Source: a virus
Taxonomy: Duplodnaviria; Caudoviricetes
Length of the DNA stretch: 45,023 nucleotides
Virus record (IMG/VR): IMGVR_UViG_3300012663_000955
Coordinates: 1 to 45,023 of that record
Reading direction: 5' to 3' (one strand)
Position 1 is the stretch's first letter. Each line of letters begins with the position of its first letter. Of this stretch, positions 18,323 to 27,136 are shown one piece after another. The position numbers were made by a program, and so were the translations under genes. The notes under the pieces are model-generated. The model was not told the DNA's origin. It did no database searches and worked only from the letters and a program-made list of their open reading frames with translations.

Positions 18323-19177
18323 ATGTCAAAAGTGTTCGCTTGGGTCAATTCTGATTTGGATGGTATAGGTTCTACCATCCTCTTGGGCAATTTATTTAAG
18401 AATTTCGAGTATAGACACTGCTTTTTCGGTAAATTTGAGGAGCAATATCTACTTTGGGCTAAGGAAAACGCAGAGGACTATGAAAAAATCTTCATAGTTG
18501 GTATGGTTCTTGATCAAAATCTCATCAAAAAGATCGATGATCATCGTGTTGTATTCGTTTCTGACCGTCCCGAAGACTTTAAAGTGTGGGATTCCACTAT
18601 GATCCAAGAGGAATGCACCTCCACGACCAAACTTTTATACAAAAAATTCAAAGAAAAGGTAGAATTCACTAAGAATTTGAAAAAATTCTTCCTTTATGTC
18701 GATGATTACAATTCTTACGACTTAAAACATGAAGAAACCAAATATTTGAATGCTCTTTACCGTAAATCAGGGGGAAATCGGTTCATTAATTTCGTAAATC
18801 GCTTCTGGAATGGTTTTGATGGGTTCACTACCACTGAAGTTAAGCTTGCAGAAGGATTTTTCAACGAATTGGAGAAAGAATTGGAAGAAATTGTCCTATA
18901 CACAGGAGAATGGGGCGTATTTAAGGTATTTTCCACGATTTCCAAGTTCTCAGTGAATGAATTATCACATTCCATCATGGAAAATTACAAAGGAGACGTT
19001 GTAATCGTGATGAATCCTGATACTAAATTTGTTTCTTTTAGAAAATACAAGGGATCGGAAGTCGATATCGCTAAAATGGCCACTGATCTCTGCGAAGGTG
19101 GCGGCGGCGAGTGGGCAGCGGGGGGTAAAATCACTAAGGAATTTTTGGAATTTAGTGAATTACTCGTAGAATTGTGA
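18323..19177 (+). CDS. DHH/DHHA1-fold protein with degenerate catalytic motifs
   Basis: SDLDGIGS, VSFR, GGGGEWAAGG; no DHH tripeptide; start refined from TTGACA(18291)-N16-TAGATA. Confidence 0.7.
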   Translation: MSKVFAWVNSDLDGIGSTILLGNLFKNFEYRHCFFGKFEEQYLLWAKENAEDYEKIFIVGMVLDQNLIKKIDDHRVVFVSDRPEDFKVWDSTMIQEECTSTTKLLYKKFKEKVEFTKNLKKFFLYVDDYNSYDLKHEETKYLNALYRKSGGNRFINFVNRFWNGFDGFTTTEVKLAEGFFNELEKELEEIVLYTGEWGVFKVFSTISKFSVNELSHSIMENYKGDVVIVMNPDTKFVSFRKYKGSEVDIAKMATDLCEGGGGEWAAGGKITKEFLEFSELLVEL

Positions 19178-19205
19178 AATATATCCAATCAATATTTTTT
19201 TAATT

Positions 19206-19526
19206 ATGTCATTCGATCCATCATCTGAAATTGTCGAAGAAGAAATCAATCATCTTTTTCTCTGTTATTGTTCATTCGTAAATCACCTCAAGGGGAAGAA
19301 ATTGTCCATTCAAAATGTCTTCGTGACCACTCTCCAAGAAGAGAAATTGCGAACGATCTTTAAAACAATTTTATCACTTGATTCTGATCAAGAACTTGTT
19401 AAAGTATTTTTAGAATATGATCCAAGCATCGCAAAGTCTAAATACGTGACGAAATGGACTAGAAGCGGGAAATATAATAATATAGATAAACAAAAAAATA
19501 AGAAAACTAAAAATGTCGGAAATTAA
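19206..19526 (+). CDS. Hypothetical protein
   Basis: ORF in operon context. Confidence 0.6.
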   Translation: MSFDPSSEIVEEEINHLFLCYCSFVNHLKGKKLSIQNVFVTTLQEEKLRTIFKTILSLDSDQELVKVFLEYDPSIAKSKYVTKWTRSGKYNNIDKQKNKKTKNVGN

Positions 19527-19944
19527 ATTTAGATTTTGGAATAAAATTGCTCGTAGATTTCAACCACCATCGAAATATGCTATAGATGGTGATGGTAAAT
19601 TGATTTCTTACGATTATGAAATGGGTGCGTATGATCAACCTGTCGATCTTTCAAAGACTTGCATCGTCCCCCAAAGATACACCGGGTTCAAAGATAAGAA
19701 TGGTAAAGATATTTACGAAGGCGATATCATTAAAATCTATTACCCGGTTAAAACCGTTGATGTCGATATTGAATATTATTATGATGATGTCACTTTCTCA
19801 TCATCTATGGGATGGTGGCGTCCCAATGCTGTATTGAGTGGTATATTCCAATCTGAAGTAATTGGAAATGTTTTCGAAAATGAAGAATTGAAAGAAACAG
19901 TATATTACATTTTCAATTCTACGAAAATTGCGAATAATTTTTAA
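19513..19944 (+). CDS. YopX-family protein
   Basis: EIKFRFWNK, QRYTGFKDKNGKDIYEGDII, EVIGNVFEN. Confidence 0.88.
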   Translation: MSEIKFRFWNKIARRFQPPSKYAIDGDGKLISYDYEMGAYDQPVDLSKTCIVPQRYTGFKDKNGKDIYEGDIIKIYYPVKTVDVDIEYYYDDVTFSSSMGWWRPNAVLSGIFQSEVIGNVFENEELKETVYYIFNSTKIANNF

Positions 19945-20221
19945 TTATATTTTTCATTTCTTGGAGTTTCGCTGAAACATCTTGGTAAGATTGTGATTTT
20001 TTAGAATAAATCTTACTTTCGAAGTTAGATATATCTCTACTGATTTTTGTTAAAAAGGATCGCATCAAACTGGAATGCTTTGCTTGTTGAGCACTTTTAG
20101 TGTATCCCTTTCCTCCGAAAAAACCTTTAACACCTCCAGATATACCGGAAACACCAGCTTTTAACCTATCGAATATTCCTTCTTCGTATATATCGCCTAA
20201 TTCTTGATTGTCTGGTTTCAT
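19919..20221 (-). CDS. Small hypothetical protein; candidate head-internal protein
   Basis: MKPDNQELGDIYEE then amphipathic GIFDRLKAGVSGISGGVKGFFGG. Confidence 0.6.
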   Translation of the reverse strand: MKPDNQELGDIYEEGIFDRLKAGVSGISGGVKGFFGGKGYTKSAQQAKHSSLMRSFLTKISRDISNFESKIYSKKSQSYQDVSAKLQEMKNIIKNYSQFS

Positions 20222-20238
20222 ATGTTATTGATTATTTT

Positions 20239-21180
20239 TTATAAATTTTGGTGAATAAATCCTGCTAATGTTTTTGGATTTGCTGTTTCCAATCCATCTT
20301 GAAGATCCGACACTTTCGGTTTCAATTGCCACATATCAATATACGAAGTTCCATCTGGTGTTTCATATTTTATCCATGTGCCATCAATAGTAACATCACC
20401 GTGTGGAATATTTTTACTTGTCAACCATTGATCGACGAGAGATGGTAATTTTTCTTGATTTCTAAAAAGATGAATATCTGTATCACCTTGAATAGAATTA
20501 TCCACACTTGTAGTGGTGTGTCCTGTTATTTGGTCTAAATGGGAGATAGCATATCCAGTCAAAGCACCAAGTCCGGCAGCAACTAGAGCTTTTTTCAATT
20601 TTGTCTTGGTGTCCATGTTCGCATTTTGCGAATTTTTCAGAAAGTTCAACCCCCCACCTATGATTCCACCGACAGCATATGCTGGTAAGCCAATCGATGA
20701 TAACAATGCGCCCATTCCGCCTATTAACCCGATTCTTTTAGATGCGAATCCGACTCCCCTTCCAATTTTATGACCAATCTTTTGGAAAAAACCTCCTTCT
20801 GCTTGTATGCTCGGTTCAATATTTTGTAAATTTTTCAAAAGTCCTGCATACGTGGAGGTATCCTCAACCTTAGCGACCTTTAGGTCTTGTTCCAATTCCC
20901 ATATGTGTTTGTTTATGGATTTTATTAAATTCTCATATGCTGTCATCACAGGATCTTTGGAATTCCCTCCAAAAAATGCTTCTTGAATGGGTGCTTCCTG
21001 CTGAGAAATCATCGCCTTGAGTTCATCTGGAGGCAAATTGATAAGTCTTTTTGCTTCCGGGTCACCCTTTTCCAATTTGAGCACCAAATCCACGAAAAAA
21101 TTCGCAATTTTTTTGTTGGCTTCTGATTCACCAGAAACCACGTTCTCGACTAACATTTCTAAATTATAATTATCCAGCAC
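20239..21180 (-). CDS. Late protein with Gly-rich hydrophobic segments; candidate ejected membrane-interacting protein
   Basis: GTG start 21180 (TAAATA 21186-21191); IGLIGGMGALLSSIGLPAYAVGGIIGGGL and ALVAAGLGALTGYAI. Confidence 0.6.
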   Translation of the reverse strand: MLDNYNLEMLVENVVSGESEANKKIANFFVDLVLKLEKGDPEAKRLINLPPDELKAMISQQEAPIQEAFFGGNSKDPVMTAYENLIKSINKHIWELEQDLKVAKVEDTSTYAGLLKNLQNIEPSIQAEGGFFQKIGHKIGRGVGFASKRIGLIGGMGALLSSIGLPAYAVGGIIGGGLNFLKNSQNANMDTKTKLKKALVAAGLGALTGYAISHLDQITGHTTTSVDNSIQGDTDIHLFRNQEKLPSLVDQWLTSKNIPHGDVTIDGTWIKYETPDGTSYIDMWQLKPKVSDLQDGLETANPKTLAGFIHQNL

Positions 21181-21235
21181 ATATATATTTAATCGAAACT
21201 TGACAAAATATGAACCCGTGTAATAATCAAATACG

Positions 21236-21868
21236 ATGATTTCCAAATTCCAACAAAAAATATACAATGATCATTTAGCTATTTCGCGTAAGATGCGGGA
21301 CAAGCCGTTTAAAATCAGGAAAGATTTTTCGAATTTGGAAGAAAACAAGGTGATGTATCTCCAAAAGTTGGAGAAGATGTTCTTGAGCTATCCCTCAATC
21401 AAAACAGACGATTTTTTCTCTGCACCTTATGTAATTTTTGAGGACGATGATTATTTCGATCTGGAATTTTACTTGACTTCCAAAGCAAAAAAGGCATACT
21501 CTCAATACATGAAAAAAATTGAGATGGATGATCCTGATTCGGAAGATTCTCTCAAACGATTGGTCGATAGTCTGAAATTTATTAAAAATTTCTGCAAAGA
21601 AAAGGCATTGACTTTGGAAACATATCCACTATATATTAGTGACTCTTTACCGAATATAATCGATCATTTGAAGAATCATCATATCAATATGTATGCTCTG
21701 CATGCTTTAGGTGTTTCGAAAATAGAGGTGGAGAATCGAATTCTGGATTTTATTTTCTCAGACTTTTGGATTACGTTTCAAAAAACGAAAAACAAATTCT
21801 ATCTGAGTAAAAAGATGAAGGAATTATCAAAACAAGCAATTGACAAACTAAAAAAACAACTAAAATAA
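21236..21868 (+). CDS. Hypothetical protein, possibly a gp59-like helicase loader
   Basis: 210-aa basic helical protein immediately before gp32 (T4 gene 59 position and size); YLQKL segment. Confidence 0.45.
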   Translation: MISKFQQKIYNDHLAISRKMRDKPFKIRKDFSNLEENKVMYLQKLEKMFLSYPSIKTDDFFSAPYVIFEDDDYFDLEFYLTSKAKKAYSQYMKKIEMDDPDSEDSLKRLVDSLKFIKNFCKEKALTLETYPLYISDSLPNIIDHLKNHHINMYALHALGVSKIEVENRILDFIFSDFWITFQKTKNKFYLSKKMKELSKQAIDKLKKQLK

Positions 21869-21878
21869 CTAAAACAAT

Positions 21879-22787
21879 ATGAGTAAAACAACAAAAAGTA
21901 AATTCGGTGCTGCAATGTTCGATTCGATCAAGGCAGCTTTAAACAAGAGCAGTGAATCATCTGGTGGACAATTCTCAAATATCATGAGCTTTCCAGCAGG
22001 AAATACCTACACTCTTCGTTTGATTCCTAATGTGGAGAACCCTGAAAAGTCGCTCTTCCATCATTGGGTTCATGGTTGGAACAGTAAGGCTTCTGGCTCT
22101 TACATGAGTTTCCTCGGGTTGCAAACCTTTGGTGATCGTGACCCCATCGCTGAACTTCGTTGGAAGCTTTGGAAAGGCTGGAAGGAAGCCAATCCAAAGG
22201 CTGAGAACAAGGAATATAAGGCCGAAATTACACAAAAAGAACAATGGTTAGTTAATGTCTACGTGATCAACGATCCGGCTAAACCTGAAAATAATGGCAC
22301 AGTGAAGATTCTTCGTATGGGTCCACAACTCAAGAAGATTATCGACGATGCCACTGAAGGTGAACGCTGCGATGAACTTGGTTGGGACATCTTCGATCCG
22401 ACTAAGGGACATGATTTCAAGATTGTCGCTGAGAAGAAGGGTGAATTCACCACATTCGAATCATCATTCATTACAACCAAGTCTAAGGTTGTTCTGGAAG
22501 AGGAAGAGGTTGATACAATTTGTGAAACTATTCACGATCTGGAAGCTGTTTATGCAGTCAAGACTTATGATGAATTGCAGGACGTTCTCAATGAGCATTT
22601 CTTTGTTGGCGAAGAAAAGGAAGAGCGCAAGCCTCTGAAGCAAGCCAAAAAGGAAGTGGTCGAGGATGAAGACGATGAAATCCCGTTTGTCCACGACAAG
22701 CCGAAGGCTAAACCGAACGCTAAGAAGCCAGTGGTTGAAGATGAAGATACCGAAATCGACGATCTTCTCGCTGGATTGGACGACTAA
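21879..22787 (+). CDS. gp32: gp32-like single-stranded DNA-binding protein
   Basis: LRLIP, HGW, NVYVINDPAKPENNGTVKI, FDPTKGHDFKI, acidic tail DDLLAGLDD. Confidence 0.88.
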   Translation: MSKTTKSKFGAAMFDSIKAALNKSSESSGGQFSNIMSFPAGNTYTLRLIPNVENPEKSLFHHWVHGWNSKASGSYMSFLGLQTFGDRDPIAELRWKLWKGWKEANPKAENKEYKAEITQKEQWLVNVYVINDPAKPENNGTVKILRMGPQLKKIIDDATEGERCDELGWDIFDPTKGHDFKIVAEKKGEFTTFESSFITTKSKVVLEEEEVDTICETIHDLEAVYAVKTYDELQDVLNEHFFVGEEKEERKPLKQAKKEVVEDEDDEIPFVHDKPKAKPNAKKPVVEDEDTEIDDLLAGLDD

Positions 22788-22794
22788 CCTAACC

Positions 22795-22832
22795 AACCCT
22801 CCCCATCAATCGGTGGGGAGGGTTTCCCTTTT
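22795..22832 (+). terminator. GC-rich hairpin after gp32 (intrinsic terminator or stabilising stem)
   Basis: AACCCTCCCCATC-AATC-GGTGGGGAGGGTT followed by TCCCTTTT. Confidence 0.75.
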
Positions 22833-22838
22833 AAAAAT

Positions 22839-23288
22839 ATGAGTAACATTCCCGAAGAAATTGAAGCAATGGCATATTTGATTGGCCAATCTAATCAAAT
22901 CGATCAAATGATGGTTGAGAGACCATCAACACTTGTCACATCAACGCATACCTTAAAGCAAGGTTTGAATAATTATGTGCAGGCACAGCGACAGCAAGCA
23001 CAGCAAGCACCGCCTCCACAATATCATCAACCGATTCATTCACCCGTTCCTATGCCGCCTGTGGTCACGCTTCCCTATATTGTTCCACCACAAGCACCAC
23101 AAAAAGAAAATGATGGTCAATTGGAATTTAATTTGGAACCCACCAAATTGGAAGAGATGTTGATATTATTGAAGGAGATCTCACAAAAGTTGACAAAGCA
23201 GAATAATTTGTTAGAAAAGGTATATGCAAATTCGCCTAAACAAAAAACCGTTTCAGAGCCTGTTGTTAAGCTTGTCCCAAATACATGA
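22839..23288 (+). CDS. Pro/Gln-rich hypothetical protein
   Basis: QQAQQAPPPQ...; overlaps the gp45 start by 65 nt. Confidence 0.65.
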   Translation: MSNIPEEIEAMAYLIGQSNQIDQMMVERPSTLVTSTHTLKQGLNNYVQAQRQQAQQAPPPQYHQPIHSPVPMPPVVTLPYIVPPQAPQKENDGQLEFNLEPTKLEEMLILLKEISQKLTKQNNLLEKVYANSPKQKTVSEPVVKLVPNT

Positions 23289-23931
23289 TACATGTATTTT
23301 GGAGATGACTGAAGATGGCATACATGCAATTGCTTCAAGTGAAGACAATTCCATGTATGCCCACGCTTATCTACAAGGAGATTTCGAACAAAAGAATTTG
23401 AATCTCCCTTCTTTGAAGAAGCTTTCCAAGGCTTTGGATATGATTTCATCTGAAGATATTAAGATGAAATTGAATGGTAATCATTTGGAGTATAAAGATA
23501 AGCAGATCAAATTCAAATATCACCTCCATGAGGAGGGTGTTATTACTAGACCGAAATTATCATTGGAAAAAATTCGTAATTTCGAATACAATATTGAATT
23601 TGAGTTGGATTTCGATTTTCTTTCGAACATTATTCAAAAGTCATCGATCACGAACACTACGAAATTATACATTTCAACGGAGAATGATCATTTGGTATGG
23701 AAAATCGGCGATGAGACTGTTCCAAATAGTGATTCTTTGAGCATCACTGGGGATGAGGTCGATTTCGAATTAAATGCATTCATCCTGAAGATTGATAATT
23801 TGAAATTGCTGTCTAAAGTATCAAAGACTGACAATGTATTCAAGATAAATTCCAAATTGGGCGTCGGTTGTATTCTCACAAGAAATGGTGAATTCGAGAT
23901 GGAATATATTTTTAGTTCTTTAAAAAATTGA
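23224..23931 (+). CDS. gp45: gp45-like sliding clamp
   Basis: 235 aa two-domain clamp size; alternating beta/alpha pattern (LNLPSLKKLSKAL, IDNLKLL); replication context; TTGACA(23190)-N16-TAGAAA upstream. Confidence 0.7.
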   Translation: MQIRLNKKPFQSLLLSLSQIHDTCILEMTEDGIHAIASSEDNSMYAHAYLQGDFEQKNLNLPSLKKLSKALDMISSEDIKMKLNGNHLEYKDKQIKFKYHLHEEGVITRPKLSLEKIRNFEYNIEFELDFDFLSNIIQKSSITNTTKLYISTENDHLVWKIGDETVPNSDSLSITGDEVDFELNAFILKIDNLKLLSKVSKTDNVFKINSKLGVGCILTRNGEFEMEYIFSSLKN

Positions 23932-24137
23932 TTATGGAAGAACATATTAAAGCACAAATAGAAGATGCGAGAGCGGAGATCCAAGCTCTCGAAGAACAAC
24001 AAAATTTAATTTACCAGAATATCGCTGGTTTGGTTGATAAATGCTACGAGGAATATCTTTGGGACTATTGTTTCAACTGTAAAATAGGCGAGCAATCCGA
24101 ATACGTGGACATAGTGCGAGATTCTATTTTTGAATAA
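23928..24137 (+). CDS. Hypothetical protein
   Basis: Short coupled ORF. Confidence 0.55.
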   Translation: MIMEEHIKAQIEDARAEIQALEEQQNLIYQNIAGLVDKCYEEYLWDYCFNCKIGEQSEYVDIVRDSIFE

Positions 24138-24180
24138 TAGAATTACTATTGTAAAAAATCAAATAACGGTAAATATTTTA

Positions 24181-24507
24181 ATGAAGAATAATATCACCAC
24201 ACAGGGTTATTTTGTTAAGAGATTGAGAGATTCCGGTTTCATTGTTGTCAAGTTATTCGACAAATACGCACAACACGATCCTCGTAAATGGACAGTGATG
24301 GTAGACCCTAGTAACACATCTGTTTTGATTACTTGTTATCAAAATAAGGAATTTAACGGTGATGTATTATTTGAGATTAATGATGGTGGAAATCGGTTCA
24401 TCCGAAATTTTAATCTCAAAACACGAAGCATGGAAATCATTATTACATCTTTGTTGGAAAAAGGTGTCGGGCAAGTCGAAGATGATTCGGTCTATAAGAA
24501 AGACTAA
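24181..24507 (+). CDS. Hypothetical protein
   Basis: Start refined to ATG 24181 (TAAATA-N5); YFVKRLRDSG...DPRKWT. Confidence 0.65.
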   Translation: MKNNITTQGYFVKRLRDSGFIVVKLFDKYAQHDPRKWTVMVDPSNTSVLITCYQNKEFNGDVLFEINDGGNRFIRNFNLKTRSMEIIITSLLEKGVGQVEDDSVYKKD

Positions 24508-24515
24508 ATAATATT

Positions 24516-24827
24516 ATGAATAAGGGAGAAGAACCCCCCGATGGGACATTCGTGGATGAAAAAGTTTTAGAAATCCTCAGAGAATCTTTGAAGCAGAAGC
24601 TCAAGAAAGAGAAGAGGGTTAGTAAAAGCGGGGTGAAGGGGGCGTTAAAATCCACAATGCAAGAATTCCTAGCATGCGGTAATCTGTTTGGTTACGATTT
24701 GGATGGTAATATTGTGGAAGTCGCGTTCCACAATAATAAAATGGAGGATAGTGCCATGCAGAACCTTTTCGTCCAGAAATTTGGAGAATTCATGGCAACC
24801 AGAATGAATGTTCAAGATGATTTTTAA
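24516..24827 (+). CDS. Hypothetical protein with late promoter
   Basis: TAAATA(24505-24510)-N5-ATG. Confidence 0.65.
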   Translation: MNKGEEPPDGTFVDEKVLEILRESLKQKLKKEKRVSKSGVKGALKSTMQEFLACGNLFGYDLDGNIVEVAFHNNKMEDSAMQNLFVQKFGEFMATRMNVQDDF

Positions 24828-25104
24828 TTTTTTAAAACAAAAAATCAAAAAAGGCGATCTCTATGCTGTTCAAGCTGGAGATTTTGTCGGGCAATTCTTC
24901 AATTTTATTAAAAAAGATGGGGATGATTATATTTTCCTCTCCACCCCTTTAATGGAGATTCAAAGAGTCCCGAAAGAGAAATTTGACTTTGCAACGGAGA
25001 ATGGTATCATAGAATATATTGAAAATCTCCCAAAAAATATCTTCAGTGTTATCCAAGCGGAATACGAACACCAATCAAAAAAGAATGGTGGAGATCCCAA
25101 GTGA
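24817..25104 (+). CDS. Hypothetical protein
   Basis: ORF overlapping both neighbours; contains TTGACT-N16-TATCAT (24983-25010) upstream of primase. Confidence 0.6.
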   Translation: MIFNFLKQKIKKGDLYAVQAGDFVGQFFNFIKKDGDDYIFLSTPLMEIQRVPKEKFDFATENGIIEYIENLPKNIFSVIQAEYEHQSKKNGGDPK

Positions 25105-26107
25105 TTACGTGATATCCAAATTCTATGAATTTGGCTACAAAGTTAGCCATAATACTCATGGAAACACGTATAATTGCTGTTGCCCGATTTGTAGAGAGGG
25201 TAAAAGCTGGGGATCGAAGAAAAGATGCTTCTACATCCCGGAAAATGACATCATTTATTGTCACAATTGCGGATGGTCTTCCAAACCTTATAAATGGATC
25301 AAAGAAGTATCAGGTCTGTCGTTTCAACAAATGGTCGATGAGATCGAAAAAGGTAATTTCGGGATGATAAATGTGATGGACTTGGAGGAGACACCTAAAA
25401 AATCAAAGGTGGTGTCATCCTTGCCATTAGATAGTATCAATTTATTTGATAAAAATCAGATAAATTACTATAAAGATTCCAAGATTGTTCAAAAAGCATT
25501 GGCGTATATCAAGGGAAGAAGACTCGATACTGCTATAAATCGACCTGATGCCTTTTACATCTCTTTGAAGGACAAGAGACACGATAATCGTCTCGTCATA
25601 CCCTTCAAAGATGAATCAGGAAAGATTATTTATTACCAGACTCGTAGAATTTTGGAGGACGAGTCGCCCAGTTATCTATCTAAAGATGGTGGCGATAAGA
25701 GCATATTCGGAATTGAAAGAATATCTTCAGATCTCGACAAAATATTCATCGTTGAGGGGCCATTAGATGCTTGTTTCGTGAAAAATGGGCTGGGATTAGG
25801 TGGTATCACCAAGGGTGATCAATTGTTCACTCTAATCCAACAGGAGCAAATGGATAGTTTGAATTTCTTCGAAAGAATTTGGTTGCTCGATAGTCAATGG
25901 ATCGATAAGACTGCCAGAGAGAAGACCCTAAAGCTAATTGAGATGGGTGAGAAAGTCTTTATCTGGCCCGAATATGATGGAAAACGCTTCAAAGATCTTA
26001 ATGCCATGTGTATGGCATACGAGACGGACGAATATCCAGTGGATTTAATCCTGAAAAACACCCATAAGGGTTTAGCCGCGACAGTGAAGATGAAATTGAT
26101 CAAATAA
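25085..26107 (+). CDS. gp61: gp61-like DNA primase
   Basis: Zn finger CPIC...CHNC, RLVIPF, TOPRIM VEGPLD, KDLN. Confidence 0.9.
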   Translation: MVEIPSDYVISKFYEFGYKVSHNTHGNTYNCCCPICREGKSWGSKKRCFYIPENDIIYCHNCGWSSKPYKWIKEVSGLSFQQMVDEIEKGNFGMINVMDLEETPKKSKVVSSLPLDSINLFDKNQINYYKDSKIVQKALAYIKGRRLDTAINRPDAFYISLKDKRHDNRLVIPFKDESGKIIYYQTRRILEDESPSYLSKDGGDKSIFGIERISSDLDKIFIVEGPLDACFVKNGLGLGGITKGDQLFTLIQQEQMDSLNFFERIWLLDSQWIDKTAREKTLKLIEMGEKVFIWPEYDGKRFKDLNAMCMAYETDEYPVDLILKNTHKGLAATVKMKLIK

Positions 26108-26111
26108 TCAA

Positions 26112-26522
26112 TTAGTCGCGTTTCTTAGCGATAGACATATCAACGGCGTTATTGAATTCACTAATGTTATTAAGAATTCTTTCAATTGCCCCCAACTCCT
26201 TTGCCAAATCTCCGATAATAGTATTATTACGTGCTTGTGAAATGGACGACAACACACTATCTCTAAGATAAGTATCAATTTTTTCCAGATTTTGCTTCCA
26301 ACCACTAACAGTGGATACCATTTGTTGATTTTGGGAATCCCCACCATTATCCATGGTAGCCATAACGCTTGGATCTGCTTCCGTATCCACACCATATTCA
26401 TCAAGCTCGATACCATCATCCATTTGACCAGCGGCAGCATCTGCTTCGGCGGCAGGATCGAAATTTAGTTCAGGTGCTTCTTGAAGGAGCTTGAGGAATT
26501 TGGCTTGAAATTTGTTTCGCAT
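26112..26522 (-). CDS. Acidic late protein; candidate prohead core/internal protein
   Basis: TAAATA-N5-ATG; MRNKFQAKFLKLLQEA. Confidence 0.6.
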   Translation of the reverse strand: MRNKFQAKFLKLLQEAPELNFDPAAEADAAAGQMDDGIELDEYGVDTEADPSVMATMDNGGDSQNQQMVSTVSGWKQNLEKIDTYLRDSVLSSISQARNNTIIGDLAKELGAIERILNNISEFNNAVDMSIAKKRD

Positions 26523-26558
26523 GTTATTATTTAGCGTAAATGATTAAATAATCTATAT

Positions 26559-26912
26559 ATGTCAGCTTCTAATTCTCCTTATTCCACAGCAATCGCATCT
26601 GGTGCCATCGATTTCGACTTTGAAAGTTCGCTGAACCCATCACAGCAGATGAGAAAATATAAAACAGATGAGAAGTTGGCGCTTGCCCCCAATACTCTTC
26701 CTTTTGAATTCGGCGAATTGCCACAAAATTTGGCAAATATCGTTGATAACGCATTCGAAGCGTCATCCAAGCTGGAAAATATTATTAAAATGGAAAAATA
26801 TCAAAAGAATGGTGATCTAATCAAGCTGAAGGGCAATCTGGAGCAAATTATTATGTATTTGATGAAAAATGGTGACAAAACACTCTCAAAATACACCATT
26901 GACAATCAATAA
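26559..26912 (+). CDS. Hypothetical late protein
   Basis: TAAATA 26545-26550, divergent from the preceding gene. Confidence 0.6.
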   Translation: MSASNSPYSTAIASGAIDFDFESSLNPSQQMRKYKTDEKLALAPNTLPFEFGELPQNLANIVDNAFEASSKLENIIKMEKYQKNGDLIKLKGNLEQIIMYLMKNGDKTLSKYTIDNQ

Positions 26913-26933
26913 AAACTACGCCATAATCAGGGC

Positions 26934-27125
26934 ATGTATGAAATCCCTGAAAAAACAAAATTGAAACACATCAACGGTTATCCATCGTTACAACAACTGT
27001 TGATTCTCAAAGACATTTGCAATAAAATTTATATTGCGAGAAATATTTCAATGTCTGAAGAACAAATTATCGAAAATTTAGAAAAAATGGATATTCTTTT
27101 CAAAGATAAATCCAATTTTAATTGA
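26934..27125 (+). CDS. Hypothetical protein
   Basis: TTGACA(26899)-N17-CATAAT upstream. Confidence 0.55.
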   Translation: MYEIPEKTKLKHINGYPSLQQLLILKDICNKIYIARNISMSEEQIIENLEKMDILFKDKSNFN

Positions 27126-27136
27126 ACGAAACAAAT

